64,000 nt of DNA from an uncultured Parachlamydiaceae bacterium (GTDB lineage: Bacteria; Chlamydiota; Chlamydiia; Chlamydiales; Parachlamydiaceae), in contig CAVVXH010000011.1 of assembly GCA_963752155.1 (NCBI GenBank), positions 160,001 through 224,000 on the forward strand, in the 5' to 3' direction. Positions 19,810 through 30,273 of this stretch are shown here, one piece after another; positions within the stretch are counted from its first letter, which is position 1, and every line of letters begins with the position of its first letter. The notes under the pieces were generated by a model. That model saw only the letters and a list, made by a program, of their open reading frames with translations. It ran no database searches and was not told where the DNA came from. Position numbers and translations under genes: made by a program.

Positions 19810-21077
19810 ATGCAGAATTCAAAAATTTTATCTTTGTATACCGGCCCTCTCTGTTGCTGTTTTGGTGTTCTGGATGCCGGTGGAATTATTTTATATGAAG
19901 TTGGATCTCAAGATGTAGGGCTAGCTTCTGCAGGCTGGAGCTCGAGGGCTGAAGATCCCTCTACAGCCTTTACAAATCCAGCCGGAATGTCAAGACTGAC
20001 CAATCGGGAAATTGAGTTCGGCGTACAACCAATCTATGAACATGTGCGTTTCTTCCTGAAGCCAGAAACTAACGTCATTGGAAAAAAAGGGAATGCCGAT
20101 ACATGGCTTCCTGCAGGAGGTGTGTTTTATGTAGAGCCTATAAACGACCGCTGGTAGGCAGGTTGTTCGGTAGTGGGATATTTCGGAGCTAAACTGACTT
20201 TCAACCACAACTGGGTTGGGCGTTACTATCTGACGAAAACAACACTACAAGGCTTTTCATTTGTGCCGGCAGCCTCTTGTCGACTGACAGATAAATTTTC
20301 TATCGGAGTCGGAGCGCAGGTGATGTACGGAATATTTTAGCCAGAAGTCTGCCGTTAATAATTCTCTAGATGGTCTTCCGGATGGCTCGTTAAAAATTAA
20401 AGATGATGATTTTGGATACGGAGCCATTTCGGATTATTATACGAGGTTTCTCCGACGACACGTCTTGGAATCCAGTATTTATCGGAAGTTAAGCTGCATT
20501 TCGCCTGTACACCGCATTTTTATCATATTGGGCCTACCCTAAGCAATTCAGTGGCCGGTATGGCACTTAAATCGAGTCAAGTTCTATTAGATGTTTTCGT
20601 GCCTCAATGTATCATGTTAAGTGGATATCATGAATTGACACCATGCTTAGCCATTATGGCGGATGCCGGGTGGCAGGAGTGGAGTAAGTTTCAAAAGGCT
20701 ACAGTGGTATTGGGACACCTGGAAATGCAAGTTTAACTGCAATTCCAAAATACAAAAATACATGGCATTGGGCCTTGGGAGCCCGTTATTCGCATTCATG
20801 CGATCTAGCATTCACAGCCGGTTTTGCTTACGATACTTCAGCAATTAGCAGTGCAAATCGTCCTTTGGATTTTCCTGTGGGGAAACAATGGCTTTATGGC
20901 GCAGGAGCCCAGTACGCCTGGAACGATAAGATTTCAATTGGAGCCCAATATGCTTTCCAATGGCAAAGGAACCTTTCCGTGGATGTCAATAGGGGTGAAC
21001 TTGCAGGACATGTTGTGGGCAAATATAAGAATGTTTCTGTTCAATTTATTAACTTAAACTTGCAGATGAAATTTTAG
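19810..21077 (+). pseudogene. FadL/OmpP1-family outer membrane transporter, disrupted
   Basis: GLASAG, AEDPSTAFTNPAGM, WVGRYY, GFAYDTS and terminal Phe; in-frame TAG at 20155 plus later frameshifts. Confidence 0.85.
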
Positions 21078-22256
21078 TGATTTTCTTCGTGCGGCATAAA
21101 ATATCTATTTAAGCCCACTTTCCAAGGAATTGCTCGCACATGATCCCATTTCTTTTCATAAGGATCATTTGAGAAGCAAACGGCTTCACAGTTCGGAAAG
21201 TCTTTTGTGATTTTCCAAAATGAAGAAAGAGCCTCTTTGCTAATATTTGAAGTACTCTTAATCTCAATACATAGAAAATTCTGACCTGGACGTTCCACAA
21301 TAAGGTCTATTTCGACATCATCTTTTGTTCTCAAGTAACTAAAACGATATTCATCGAAAAAATAGCTGCTTAATTTCAAACATTCTAGAATCACAAAATG
21401 CTCAAAAGCCTCCCCATAAGCTGTGTTTCCAGATGCATAGGGAATTGACAGACGCCTGCTCAGCGTACGAGTAACACCGGTGTCAAAAAAATAAAATTTA
21501 GGCTTTCCGCTAAGTCTCTTGCGAAATGAATGTTGAAATCCCTCGAGCAAAAACCCGAGCATTGTGTCTTCTAAAATAGTGTAATATTTTTCAACAGTTT
21601 TGTGGTCTACTCCAACATCCTTAGCAATATTTGAATAATTAATAATTTTACCATTCATCTGAGCAGCCACTTCTAGAAATCGTCTAAATGGATCAAGCTC
21701 TCTAATAAACTGCTCTTCCCAAATTTCTTCTTTTAAATAAGTGTGTGCGTGCATAGGTTTGAAGGTATTTTTTGCGATAAATATCCTGTTTATATTCTAT
21801 CATTTTTGGCAACATTCCCCATTGTAAACGCTCTTCTAAAGGAAAATCTTCCTGTAATTCAAAAACACTTAAAGGATGAAGATGATAGACAAAAGCTCGT
21901 CCAGCAAGCATATTTGCGCCTCCTCTCTTGAGCTTACGGGCACTTGATCCTGTTAAAATAAAACGCTTGTCTGTTGATTCAATTAATTGATGTACAATAT
22001 CAAGCAGTTTAGGAATTTTTTGAACTTCATCGATAATGATATGTGTCTTTTCTTTAGGCAACGCAAGCACGATATCCTTCAATTCATCGGGGTTTCGTGA
22101 AAATTTTTCTTCAAATTTAGCCTCTAAAAGATCAAATATTACACATGCGTCGTGATCAAATTGCTTTTTCACCAGAGTACTTTTACCTACGCCACGAGGT
22201 CCTAAAAGAAATAAACTATGATCTTTAGGTAGTTGTAAAAATCGTTTAATAAACAT
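21074..22256 (-). pseudogene. AAA ATPase with DUF4143/PD-(D/E)XK-like C-terminus, split by a frameshift
   Basis: GPRGVGKS, IIIDEVQK and LTGSS in one frame; KFYFFDTG and EIDL...IEIK in another; GCAC duplication at about 21745-21752. Confidence 0.85.
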
Positions 22257-22395
22257 AGGGCTAGCCTCCGCCAAATTTGTACCATGATACCAAAATGTAC
22301 GCCAAATTGGGAGTGATGTCAAATAAAATCTGGCCTCAATCAAAACATTGCAACAATTGATTCCATTTTCTATAATTCAGCAAAGAGGAAATCCG

Positions 22396-23574
22396 ATGCG
22401 CAATGAATACATCCCCTATGCAAGACAATCGATCAATGACGCTGACCGCAATGCCATGAGCGAGGCCATGTGTTCAGATCTCATTACTCGAGGTCCCAGC
22501 GTAGAAAAATTCGAACGTACGTTTGCTGAGTACTGTGGAGCATCCTATGCCGTCGCTTTTAACAGTGGTTCAACCGCTCTTTTAGCTGCTTGCCACGTTG
22601 CCAAAGTCAACCCGTATGATCGATTAATCTCAACCCCAATTACATATGTTGCAACAGTTGGCTGCGGGGTGCAGTATGGGGCTACACCTGTTTTTGTCGA
22701 CATCGATCCAACTTCAGCCAATATATCAATTACCCAAATCGCTAACGCTTTAGAAAAGCCTTACTCACGCGGACGTTCAATCATTATTCCTGTGCATTTT
22801 GCCGGCGTTGCAGTAGATGTTGCAGCCATCAACAACCTACTTAAAGATCCGGATGCAGTCATTATCGAAGACGCTTCTCATGCCCTTGGATCGCTCTATG
22901 CAGATGGGACCAGGGTTGGATGCTGTGGATCTAGCCAGATGACCATTTTTAGCCTTCACCCTGCCAAAACCATTACTACCGGTGAAGGTGGAATGGTCAC
23001 AACCAACGACGCACAGCTCTGTCACAACCTACAGCGCTTTCGGAATAACGGGATCGAGCGTTTTTCTCCGTATTTGGAAGAAAAGGGATATCCTGGCTAC
23101 TATGAAGTCCAAGAGTTAACCAATAATACCAATTTTACAACATTTCAAGCAGCCTTAGGTTTAAGCCAGATGGAACGGCTTGACGCATTTATAGATAAAA
23201 GACGCAAACTTGTTTCTAGCTATCGAACTCTTCTACATGGAATTCCACACATTACGCTCATGAGTGATCAAGAAGATTTTCGTACGGCCTATCATCTTTT
23301 TGTCGTTCAAATTGACTTTCAAGCATACAATACAACTCGTGAAAAAGTGATGACAGCCTTACATAACGAAGGAATTGGCACACAGGTTCACTATATCCCC
23401 GTATACCGTCATCCATACTTCCGAAGAACATGCGGGGATCTAACCTCCTACTTTCCACACGCAGAAAATTACTATTCTCAAGCGCTCTCCCTACCTCTCT
23501 ATTTTGACTTAACTTTTGATCAAGTCAAAAAGGTGGTAAGAACTCTTCTAAAAATACTTAAAATTAAGATTTAA
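22396..23574 (+). CDS. DegT/DnrJ/EryC1/StrS aminotransferase (PseC-like)
   Basis: IPYARQSI, IIEDASHALG and FSLHPAKTITTGEGG motifs. Confidence 0.9.
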   Translation: MRNEYIPYARQSINDADRNAMSEAMCSDLITRGPSVEKFERTFAEYCGASYAVAFNSGSTALLAACHVAKVNPYDRLISTPITYVATVGCGVQYGATPVFVDIDPTSANISITQIANALEKPYSRGRSIIIPVHFAGVAVDVAAINNLLKDPDAVIIEDASHALGSLYADGTRVGCCGSSQMTIFSLHPAKTITTGEGGMVTTNDAQLCHNLQRFRNNGIERFSPYLEEKGYPGYYEVQELTNNTNFTTFQAALGLSQMERLDAFIDKRRKLVSSYRTLLHGIPHITLMSDQEDFRTAYHLFVVQIDFQAYNTTREKVMTALHNEGIGTQVHYIPVYRHPYFRRTCGDLTSYFPHAENYYSQALSLPLYFDLTFDQVKKVVRTLLKILKIKI

Positions 23575-23580
23575 CAAGTA

Positions 23581-24258
23581 TTATCGTTTTCGATAACAAA
23601 TATTTCGTGCTTTCCCTAGTCGTTCTATTTTTTTTTCATCTATTAAACTATTAAGCCATCGTTGAGCTGTAGCTCGAGAGACAGAACATTCATTCATTAC
23701 ATCATGAATGGTAATTTCATTTTTTGAATCAAACAGCTTCAAAATACACGTGTCTTGCACTTCAAAGATTTTCTTTTGTAGAACTGGACGTGGTAAAATA
23801 CATTTAACAAAATTTTCTCCCTCTATCACTTGAGGCATTTTAAGTCCCCAATTTTCATAACTTTGAAAAATCTGGATAAAACCAGTCCCCATCTTTTCAA
23901 CAAGCCCAACTTCACGAAATACTTTACAAATTGCTGGATTGCGAAGGTAGGTTATTCCTTTTAACAATTGATCTGACTTAATGGGACCCATAAAATTGCC
24001 CGGACTAAAAAATTCCAATCTATCATCGTAAATGAAAATTTTTGAAGGTGCTGAAATATGATAATTCCTGTGAACGAGCATATTAAGTAATACTTCACGA
24101 AAAGCCACTTCAGGAATTTCTAGCTTTTCTTCTCTAACCATCCCTCGTATAGTAAAAGAATGAAAAAGACGACTTAAGATGAAATGGTGTGCTTGATGAA
24201 ATTGATTGAGAATCGTGCCCACACAGTCCATTGACGCAATTGCCTCATATTGCCTCAC
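23581..24258 (-). pseudogene. N-terminally truncated ATP-binding protein (RecG-C/HATPase_c_4-like domain plus HTH)
   Basis: REVLLNMLVHRNY, DDRLEFFSPG, RNPAI and EKMGTG; the usual N-terminal AlbA_2 domain is absent. Confidence 0.7.
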
Positions 24259-24423
24259 ATTTTAATATAAATGAGGCAATTCAAGCAAATATGTAACTAT
24301 ATACAGCAATTCTCTCATTTTTTGGGTGTGATTACAAGTTGTACACAGGAAAATTAAAATTTGGCATAAAGGATTAGCATACTTCATTCATGTTAATCAG
24401 AATGATGAGCTACAATTCCTTAA

Positions 24424-24921
24424 CTATAGCTCCTCACTCGTTAGAAAAAGTTCTCGAAACGCCAATAATCCACATGTTATGAAAAAAAAGTAAAAATAAG
24501 AAGGAATAGGTCCATAAAAAACGAGTACAAGTAAAATAAAAAATTGCAATGTGGTTGTAATTTTTCCCCACCAAATAGCCCTCACACGATAGTTTACTAT
24601 CCGTTGACAAATCGTTAAATAAATTCCAAACAACAAAACAGCAAAATCACGTCCAATAAATGCCGCAGCTTGCCACAATTGTAAGCGTTGCTCTTGAAAT
24701 AAAACGACTAACGCAACAAGAACAAAAAGCTTATCTGTAAGCGGATCCAACCAAGTTCCCACACGAGAAATTTGCTGGAATTTCCTTGCCAAATATCCAT
24801 CTAAACCATCTGTAAGCATAGCTAAAATTATCGCTACACCTCGGTAAATTACATTGTCCTGAAAAAACAGAAGTGCCAATGGCACGCGCATTAAAGATAA
24901 TAAATTAGGAAAAGTAAACAT
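24424..24921 (-). CDS. CDP-alcohol phosphatidyltransferase
   Basis: PNLLSLMR and TDGLDGYLAR...G..LDP.TDK signature. Confidence 0.92.
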   Translation of the reverse strand: MFTFPNLLSLMRVPLALLFFQDNVIYRGVAIILAMLTDGLDGYLARKFQQISRVGTWLDPLTDKLFVLVALVVLFQEQRLQLWQAAAFIGRDFAVLLFGIYLTICQRIVNYRVRAIWWGKITTTLQFFILLVLVFYGPIPSYFYFFFITCGLLAFRELFLTSEEL

Positions 24922-24922
24922 T

Positions 24923-25549
24923 CTATGCCTTAAGAAATCTAAATAGATGTCTACGCATGGTATAAACTCCTAAGCCAATAACGAGCAATACTATACACAC
25001 AAGAAAAACTTCTTGGTACACTTTAAAAACATTGACGATCATTTGAAAATTTTCACCAAACAGATGTCCCAAATAAAATAACGTCAAACTTGCCAACAAA
25101 CACGCTCCAACATCCCGCAAAAGAAATAACTTAAAAGGCATTTTGGTTAATCCCGAAGTCATAAAAAGTGTATTACGTACCCCACATGGAACAAATCTCC
25201 CTATTATGAATGCAAAAATACCAAATTTTTCAATATAGTTGCCAAATTTTTCTAAGCGTTGGGGTGTAATAATACTTTTAAACCATTTGAGGGTAAGTAA
25301 TTTAGGACCGAGTAATCGCCCTATCCAATAGGCTTCCCAAGCAGAAACCCAACATCCAACAAAAACCCAAACATAGAGATGAAAAATAAAATCCATTCCA
25401 TATCCACATATTCCTCCAACTGCCCCTGACATTAAAAGAATCAACTCTTCACTAATAGGAATATTAATTCCCGACAGCAACAGCAGTCCAAAAAAAATGT
25501 AATGTGCATAAGGTGCATGTTCACAAACAAAAAGTAAAAGGGATTCTAT
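24923..25549 (-). CDS. DedA family membrane protein (probable ATA start at 25549)
   Basis: PISEELIL, YWIGR..G and GRFVP.GVR; frame is open to an ATA placed 6 nt after GGAGG. Confidence 0.85.
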   Translation of the reverse strand: MESLLLFVCEHAPYAHYIFFGLLLLSGINIPISEELILLMSGAVGGICGYGMDFIFHLYVWVFVGCWVSAWEAYWIGRLLGPKLLTLKWFKSIITPQRLEKFGNYIEKFGIFAFIIGRFVPCGVRNTLFMTSGLTKMPFKLFLLRDVGACLLASLTLFYLGHLFGENFQMIVNVFKVYQEVFLVCIVLLVIGLGVYTMRRHLFRFLKA

Positions 25550-26406
25550 CGCTGTCCTCCTTCATAGCCAGCCAATGGGCTATTTGAAATCGTCTCTACA
25601 CAAGTAGTTGGATAGGCTAACTCAGCTTTATATTTATTTAAGATCTCTATGATCTCAAAAAGAAGGGCTTCTTTAATACGATTAAATCCCTCCGTCGAGG
25701 TCTCAAAAGTATAGGCTGTAAACACAATATTCAATGAGTAGGCTCCAAAAGCTGAGAAAAACGCGTTATTAGACATTTCTTGATCGATCTCTCGATTGCG
25801 CACTAATATTTGATTGATGTCATCAATGATCCCTTTAAGAGCTCCTACATCACGATAACGAATTCCAATCGTCTCCTTAATTTGCCTATGAGTCATCCGT
25901 GAAGGATTCACCACAACAATTTTTGCAAAAATAGAGTTCGGTACATAGAGGGGGCGCTTATCTAACGTGCGTACTTTGGTAGTATACCAACCGATTTCTT
26001 CAACATGACCCTCAATCGACTTTTCGGGTAAAAGGATCCAGTCGCCAATGGCAAAGGGGTGAGTCAGATAGATCATGAGTCCCCCAAAAAAGCTTGCAAT
26101 GACTTCCTGAGAGGCAAAAGCCAAAGCTAGACCACTAATTCCTCCAAAGGCAATGAGAGTATTTAAGCTATTTCCTGTTGCCTCAAGGAGCAAAATGCCG
26201 GTAACAACAAGAATCAATACAGTCAAAATTTTATCTATCGCATCAATGCGCGATCGATCTGGAACTGTTTTATGTGCTTTATTTTTGTCCAAAGTTGCTT
26301 GAATAGTCCTGCGCTTCCAGTTAAATAAAAACCAAGCCAATGCAAGAACTCCACCGACCTTAAGGACGGTTAATAAGCTACAGTTAGAAATCTCATCCCA
26401 AAACAT
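25546..26406 (-). CDS. Small-conductance mechanosensitive channel (MscS family)
   Basis: GLALAFASQE, PFAIGDWI, GHVEEIG and YVPNS motifs. Confidence 0.92.
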   Translation of the reverse strand: MFWDEISNCSLLTVLKVGGVLALAWFLFNWKRRTIQATLDKNKAHKTVPDRSRIDAIDKILTVLILVVTGILLLEATGNSLNTLIAFGGISGLALAFASQEVIASFFGGLMIYLTHPFAIGDWILLPEKSIEGHVEEIGWYTTKVRTLDKRPLYVPNSIFAKIVVVNPSRMTHRQIKETIGIRYRDVGALKGIIDDINQILVRNREIDQEMSNNAFFSAFGAYSLNIVFTAYTFETSTEGFNRIKEALLFEIIEILNKYKAELAYPTTCVETISNSPLAGYEGGQR

Positions 26407-26418
26407 CGCTTACACCTT

Positions 26419-27942
26419 TCAACTTTGAACAGCGGCTTCAGCCATTAAGGAACTGCAATTCCGATTTTCCCACTCTTTCTTAAGGTGAGCCATTTTTTTG
26501 TTTGAAATGCCACCCAAAAACTCGATTGCATGCAACAGTCTTACGCGCGTACGATCTTTACCTAGTAGGGTCACAGAATCAAACAAAGGTGGCCCCTGCA
26601 ACTTACCCATTAAGCTTGCAAATAATAAAGGCATAATTCCTTTTTTATGATTCACGGCAAAGACCTCGGCCACTTCCCTAGAAGCTTGGTACATCCCTGA
26701 ACCTTCCCAGTTTTCTTGTTCGTCGAGATGCCAAATGATCGCTTGTAAAATAAAACTCGATTGTTCAAACGTTTGTCCTTTAATGGTAAAAAGGGGATGC
26801 GTATATTTTAATTGGTTAATAAAGAAAAAGTCACAGAGCTCCATGAAATCGCCAAATGTCTTAATGCGGGTATGACAAAGCGGCATTAGACGCTGCATGA
26901 ACTCGTCATTAAAGCTCCATTCTTTTAGACGTCCCCAAAGATTTTCTTGAGGGATATTATTGATTAAATATTGTTGGTTGATCCAATCAAGCTTTTGGAC
27001 GTCAAAAACAGCTCCGGAGATTCCAATACGTTTATAATCAAATTCCTTAACTAGCTGTTCTAGTGGATAAATTTCCCGATCGCCCCCAATACTATAACCC
27101 ATCAGAGACAGAAAATTTAAAAACGCCTCTGGGAGGTATCCACTGTCCCGATAGAAGAATATCGATGTAGGGTTTTTCCTTTTAGATAACTTTTTACCGT
27201 CTTTTCCAAGCAATAATGGCATATGCATGATCTGTGGAGGAGTCCAACCAAATGCTTCATAGAGATAGATATGCTTTGGAGTAGAAGTCATCCACTCATC
27301 GCCACGAATAATGTGAGAAATTTCCATGAGGTGATCATCGACGACATTTGCTAAATGGTAAGTGGGAAATCCATCAGATTTTAACAATATTTGATCATCG
27401 ACATCGGCCCAAGGACATGTGATCTTCCCCTTGATGAGATCCTCATAGGTGCATTCTCCTGTTAGAGGCATCTTTATGCGAATGACGTAGGGTAAACCGG
27501 CAGCTTCTTTTTGACTGATCTCTTCAGGGCTTAAGTTGCGGCATCGTCGATCATATCCCTGACGTCCTCCTCCACGTGCTGCTGCTAATTCGCGCATCTC
27601 ATGCAGGTCCTGCGGAGTGCAGAAACATTTGTATGCTTTGCCTTGCTCAAGTAATTCAAAAGCGTATTTTTTGTAGATATCGAACCTCTCCGATTGGCGA
27701 TAGGGACCATACGGCCCTCCAATATCAGGTCCTTCATCCCACCGTATATCGCACCAATGCAAAGCCTCGTAAATATTTTTCTCGTATTCAGGACGGCTGC
27801 GCGTTTGGTCGGTGTCTTCTATACGCAAAATAAATTTCCCCCCGTGGTGAAGGGCAAAAACCATATTAAAAAGTGCCATGTAAGCAGTACCTACATGAGG
27901 ATCTCCTGTTGGAGAAGGAGCAATTCGAACGCGTACAGTCAT
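26419..27942 (-). CDS. gltX: Glutamate--tRNA ligase
   Basis: RIAPSPTGDPHVG, LRIEDTD and KLSKR motifs. Confidence 0.97.
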   Translation of the reverse strand: MTVRVRIAPSPTGDPHVGTAYMALFNMVFALHHGGKFILRIEDTDQTRSRPEYEKNIYEALHWCDIRWDEGPDIGGPYGPYRQSERFDIYKKYAFELLEQGKAYKCFCTPQDLHEMRELAAARGGGRQGYDRRCRNLSPEEISQKEAAGLPYVIRIKMPLTGECTYEDLIKGKITCPWADVDDQILLKSDGFPTYHLANVVDDHLMEISHIIRGDEWMTSTPKHIYLYEAFGWTPPQIMHMPLLLGKDGKKLSKRKNPTSIFFYRDSGYLPEAFLNFLSLMGYSIGGDREIYPLEQLVKEFDYKRIGISGAVFDVQKLDWINQQYLINNIPQENLWGRLKEWSFNDEFMQRLMPLCHTRIKTFGDFMELCDFFFINQLKYTHPLFTIKGQTFEQSSFILQAIIWHLDEQENWEGSGMYQASREVAEVFAVNHKKGIMPLLFASLMGKLQGPPLFDSVTLLGKDRTRVRLLHAIEFLGGISNKKMAHLKKEWENRNCSSLMAEAAVQS

Positions 27943-29975
27943 AGTTTGCCTCTAGGTATCGTTAACGTTGGTTTGTCTATTTTTTGATTTTCGAGCGTCT
28001 TAATTTGATGTTCGAGCATCAGATAGAGTAAATCCTTAAGAATATTTTTTGTTTCGATTAACTGCATATCCCCCCTACCGGCAGCATTTTCAATGGTTTC
28101 ATCTGGAGGTTCAATCGCTTTAGAGTTTTCATTTTCAAGCTCTTTTTCTTTAAGTTCCTTAATGAATTCTTGATAGGGTTTGTTTTTTTCTAGCCGTATT
28201 TTAGAATTGATCACTAGTTCGGGTAAATAACGATCATAAATCGACAATTTTGGCTGCAGATTAAATTTGTATAAGAGCCGGACACTATTGCGTTGAACAA
28301 CGGGGATATCTGAAAGATCATCATCAAAACTGTTAGGGATCGAATCATTTTCAAGAGGAAATTTACTGAATTTTTCACCTATTTCTAGCTCCGATAAAGG
28401 ACCTTGGACAACGATATCACTGTGAACTCCGGTTAACTGCGGAGTCTTACCTGAAACAGTATAATAGCGTCCGCGTGTGACTTTATACTCCCCTTGTGGA
28501 TTTGTTAGACCGTTATTAGCTGAATTTAGGGTAAATGTTTGAAAAGATCCTTTGCCATAAGTATGATCATCTCCGACGATCAGTGCGCGACCATAATCTT
28601 GAAGTGTTCCTGCAACAATTTCTGAAGCTGAGGCACTTGCACGATTGACTAAAACAATCAAAGGTCCATCCCAAGCAACTTCTTCATCAAGATGGCGAAG
28701 ATGCTGGACGTTTCCATTTTCATCTTTAATGGAAACAACTACCCCTTTAGAAATAAACAATCCAGCGACAGCTACAGCCTGGGAGAGCAGGCCACCGGAA
28801 TTATAACGTAAATCAAGAATTAACCCTTTCAAAGGACGTTCTTTTTTCATTTCTTCAATCGGCTTTGCCAAGTCTGTCCCTGAAGCACTTTCTGGATCTT
28901 GATAAAAGGAGAACAAGCGCAAATAGCCAATGGCTCCATCACCGAAAGGTTCCAGTACTGACTCATAGCGTGTTTCTTTAAGAACAACTTCATGACGAAT
29001 AATTTTAATATTGAGAGTTTCCTCTTTTTTTTCCCCATCACTATCGTTTTCTCTAACGACAGTTAACACGACTGGCGTGTTCTCCTCACCTCGGATCAAT
29101 TCGACTGCGTCAATAATATCGAGGCCAACGACGGGTTCACCATTGACGGCAATGATCCGATCTTTGACTTTAAGCTCTTTGCTGTTCCACGCCGGCCCAC
29201 CTTCAATGATTTTCACGATGGTAAATCCATTCACATCATCTCGCAATTGAGCTCCGATGCCAAACAAGCGTTGTTGAACATTAATCATAAACTGAGCGGC
29301 TTCATCGGGAGTGAAATACGAGGTATGAGCATCGAGAGAAGAAGCGGTCGCCTTGAGGATATTTGCTAACATTTGTCGATTTCGGCGACTGGGATCTTTA
29401 TCCTGCATTTCTTCTTCAAACAAAGCTTGCCGCTTAGCGATCCTCTTAAATGCCTTTTCTTTATTTTCTTCAGAAAGTTTTGAGGCTGCTTCAAGTTGCA
29501 AAGATTTAATACGTTCAAGACGCGTCACCAATTCAGGTTCTGTCTTTACCCATTGCATATTTTTAAATTCTTGAGGTTTAACATGTTTGGGTAAATTTGC
29601 CATATCCACTTGTTTTTCGAGGCGATGCCTTCGTTGGATCGCATTAACTAACACTTGTTGAATTTGTTCAAAAGCAGCATAGTTGCCTTTTTCAAACTGT
29701 GTTAAAATTTCATTTGTCGTGGATTCTGACGGGTTAGTCCATTTTTGAATATCTGAATCAAGAAAATACGTTTTAGTCACATCGAGTTCTTCTAGATAGC
29801 TAACTAAGATACGTTTAATGAGTTCTGGGGTTAATTTTTTGTGAGTCGCATGGCTTTGCATGATCTCATGAATCATATGGTTAGTTTGCGCGGGTGTGAT
29901 TTCCGGAGCCTTGCTAAAAGCAAAAATAGGCAAACAAAATGCCAGCATAAATATTACACATTTTTTTATACTCAT
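27939..29975 (-). CDS. tsp: Tail-specific (S41) protease with PDZ domain
   Basis: LDAHTSYF, GIGAQL, LDLRYNSGG, SASASEI and GKGSFQ motifs; signal peptide. Confidence 0.93.
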   Translation of the reverse strand: MSIKKCVIFMLAFCLPIFAFSKAPEITPAQTNHMIHEIMQSHATHKKLTPELIKRILVSYLEELDVTKTYFLDSDIQKWTNPSESTTNEILTQFEKGNYAAFEQIQQVLVNAIQRRHRLEKQVDMANLPKHVKPQEFKNMQWVKTEPELVTRLERIKSLQLEAASKLSEENKEKAFKRIAKRQALFEEEMQDKDPSRRNRQMLANILKATASSLDAHTSYFTPDEAAQFMINVQQRLFGIGAQLRDDVNGFTIVKIIEGGPAWNSKELKVKDRIIAVNGEPVVGLDIIDAVELIRGEENTPVVLTVVRENDSDGEKKEETLNIKIIRHEVVLKETRYESVLEPFGDGAIGYLRLFSFYQDPESASGTDLAKPIEEMKKERPLKGLILDLRYNSGGLLSQAVAVAGLFISKGVVVSIKDENGNVQHLRHLDEEVAWDGPLIVLVNRASASASEIVAGTLQDYGRALIVGDDHTYGKGSFQTFTLNSANNGLTNPQGEYKVTRGRYYTVSGKTPQLTGVHSDIVVQGPLSELEIGEKFSKFPLENDSIPNSFDDDLSDIPVVQRNSVRLLYKFNLQPKLSIYDRYLPELVINSKIRLEKNKPYQEFIKELKEKELENENSKAIEPPDETIENAAGRGDMQLIETKNILKDLLYLMLEHQIKTLENQKIDKPTLTIPRGKL

Positions 29976-30119
29976 TTATCTATGCTCCCTATTTTGAACT
30001 TCGATCTATTGTTATAAGACTGTAAAAAATGAGGTCTTAAATGCAACAGCCTCTTTTCTGATTATACACCTAAATAGCCGAATGTTCCACAAAAATCAGC
30101 AATTATCGTTATTTTTTTA

Positions 30120-30211
30120 AAGGACAACAAGGACGGCAAGGACAGTAAGGACGACAGCGCAAACAATAGTCCTTGTTGTCCTTGCTGTCCTTGTTGTCCT
30201 TGTTGTCCTTG
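30120..30211. repeat. Family E inverted 9-mer hairpin
   Basis: aaggacaac-type x4, short spacer, gttgtcctt-type x4-5. Confidence 0.9.
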
Positions 30212-30273
30212 CAAAAAATTCATTGACCAACTTGGCATAGTCCATTACAAATAAAAAAAAATCAAGGAATACA

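Noticed and set aside
20155..20157. In-frame TAG in the FadL-like gene as possible recoding or readthrough
   Set aside because: Further frameshifts downstream show the gene is broken, and TAG ends other genes in the window normally.
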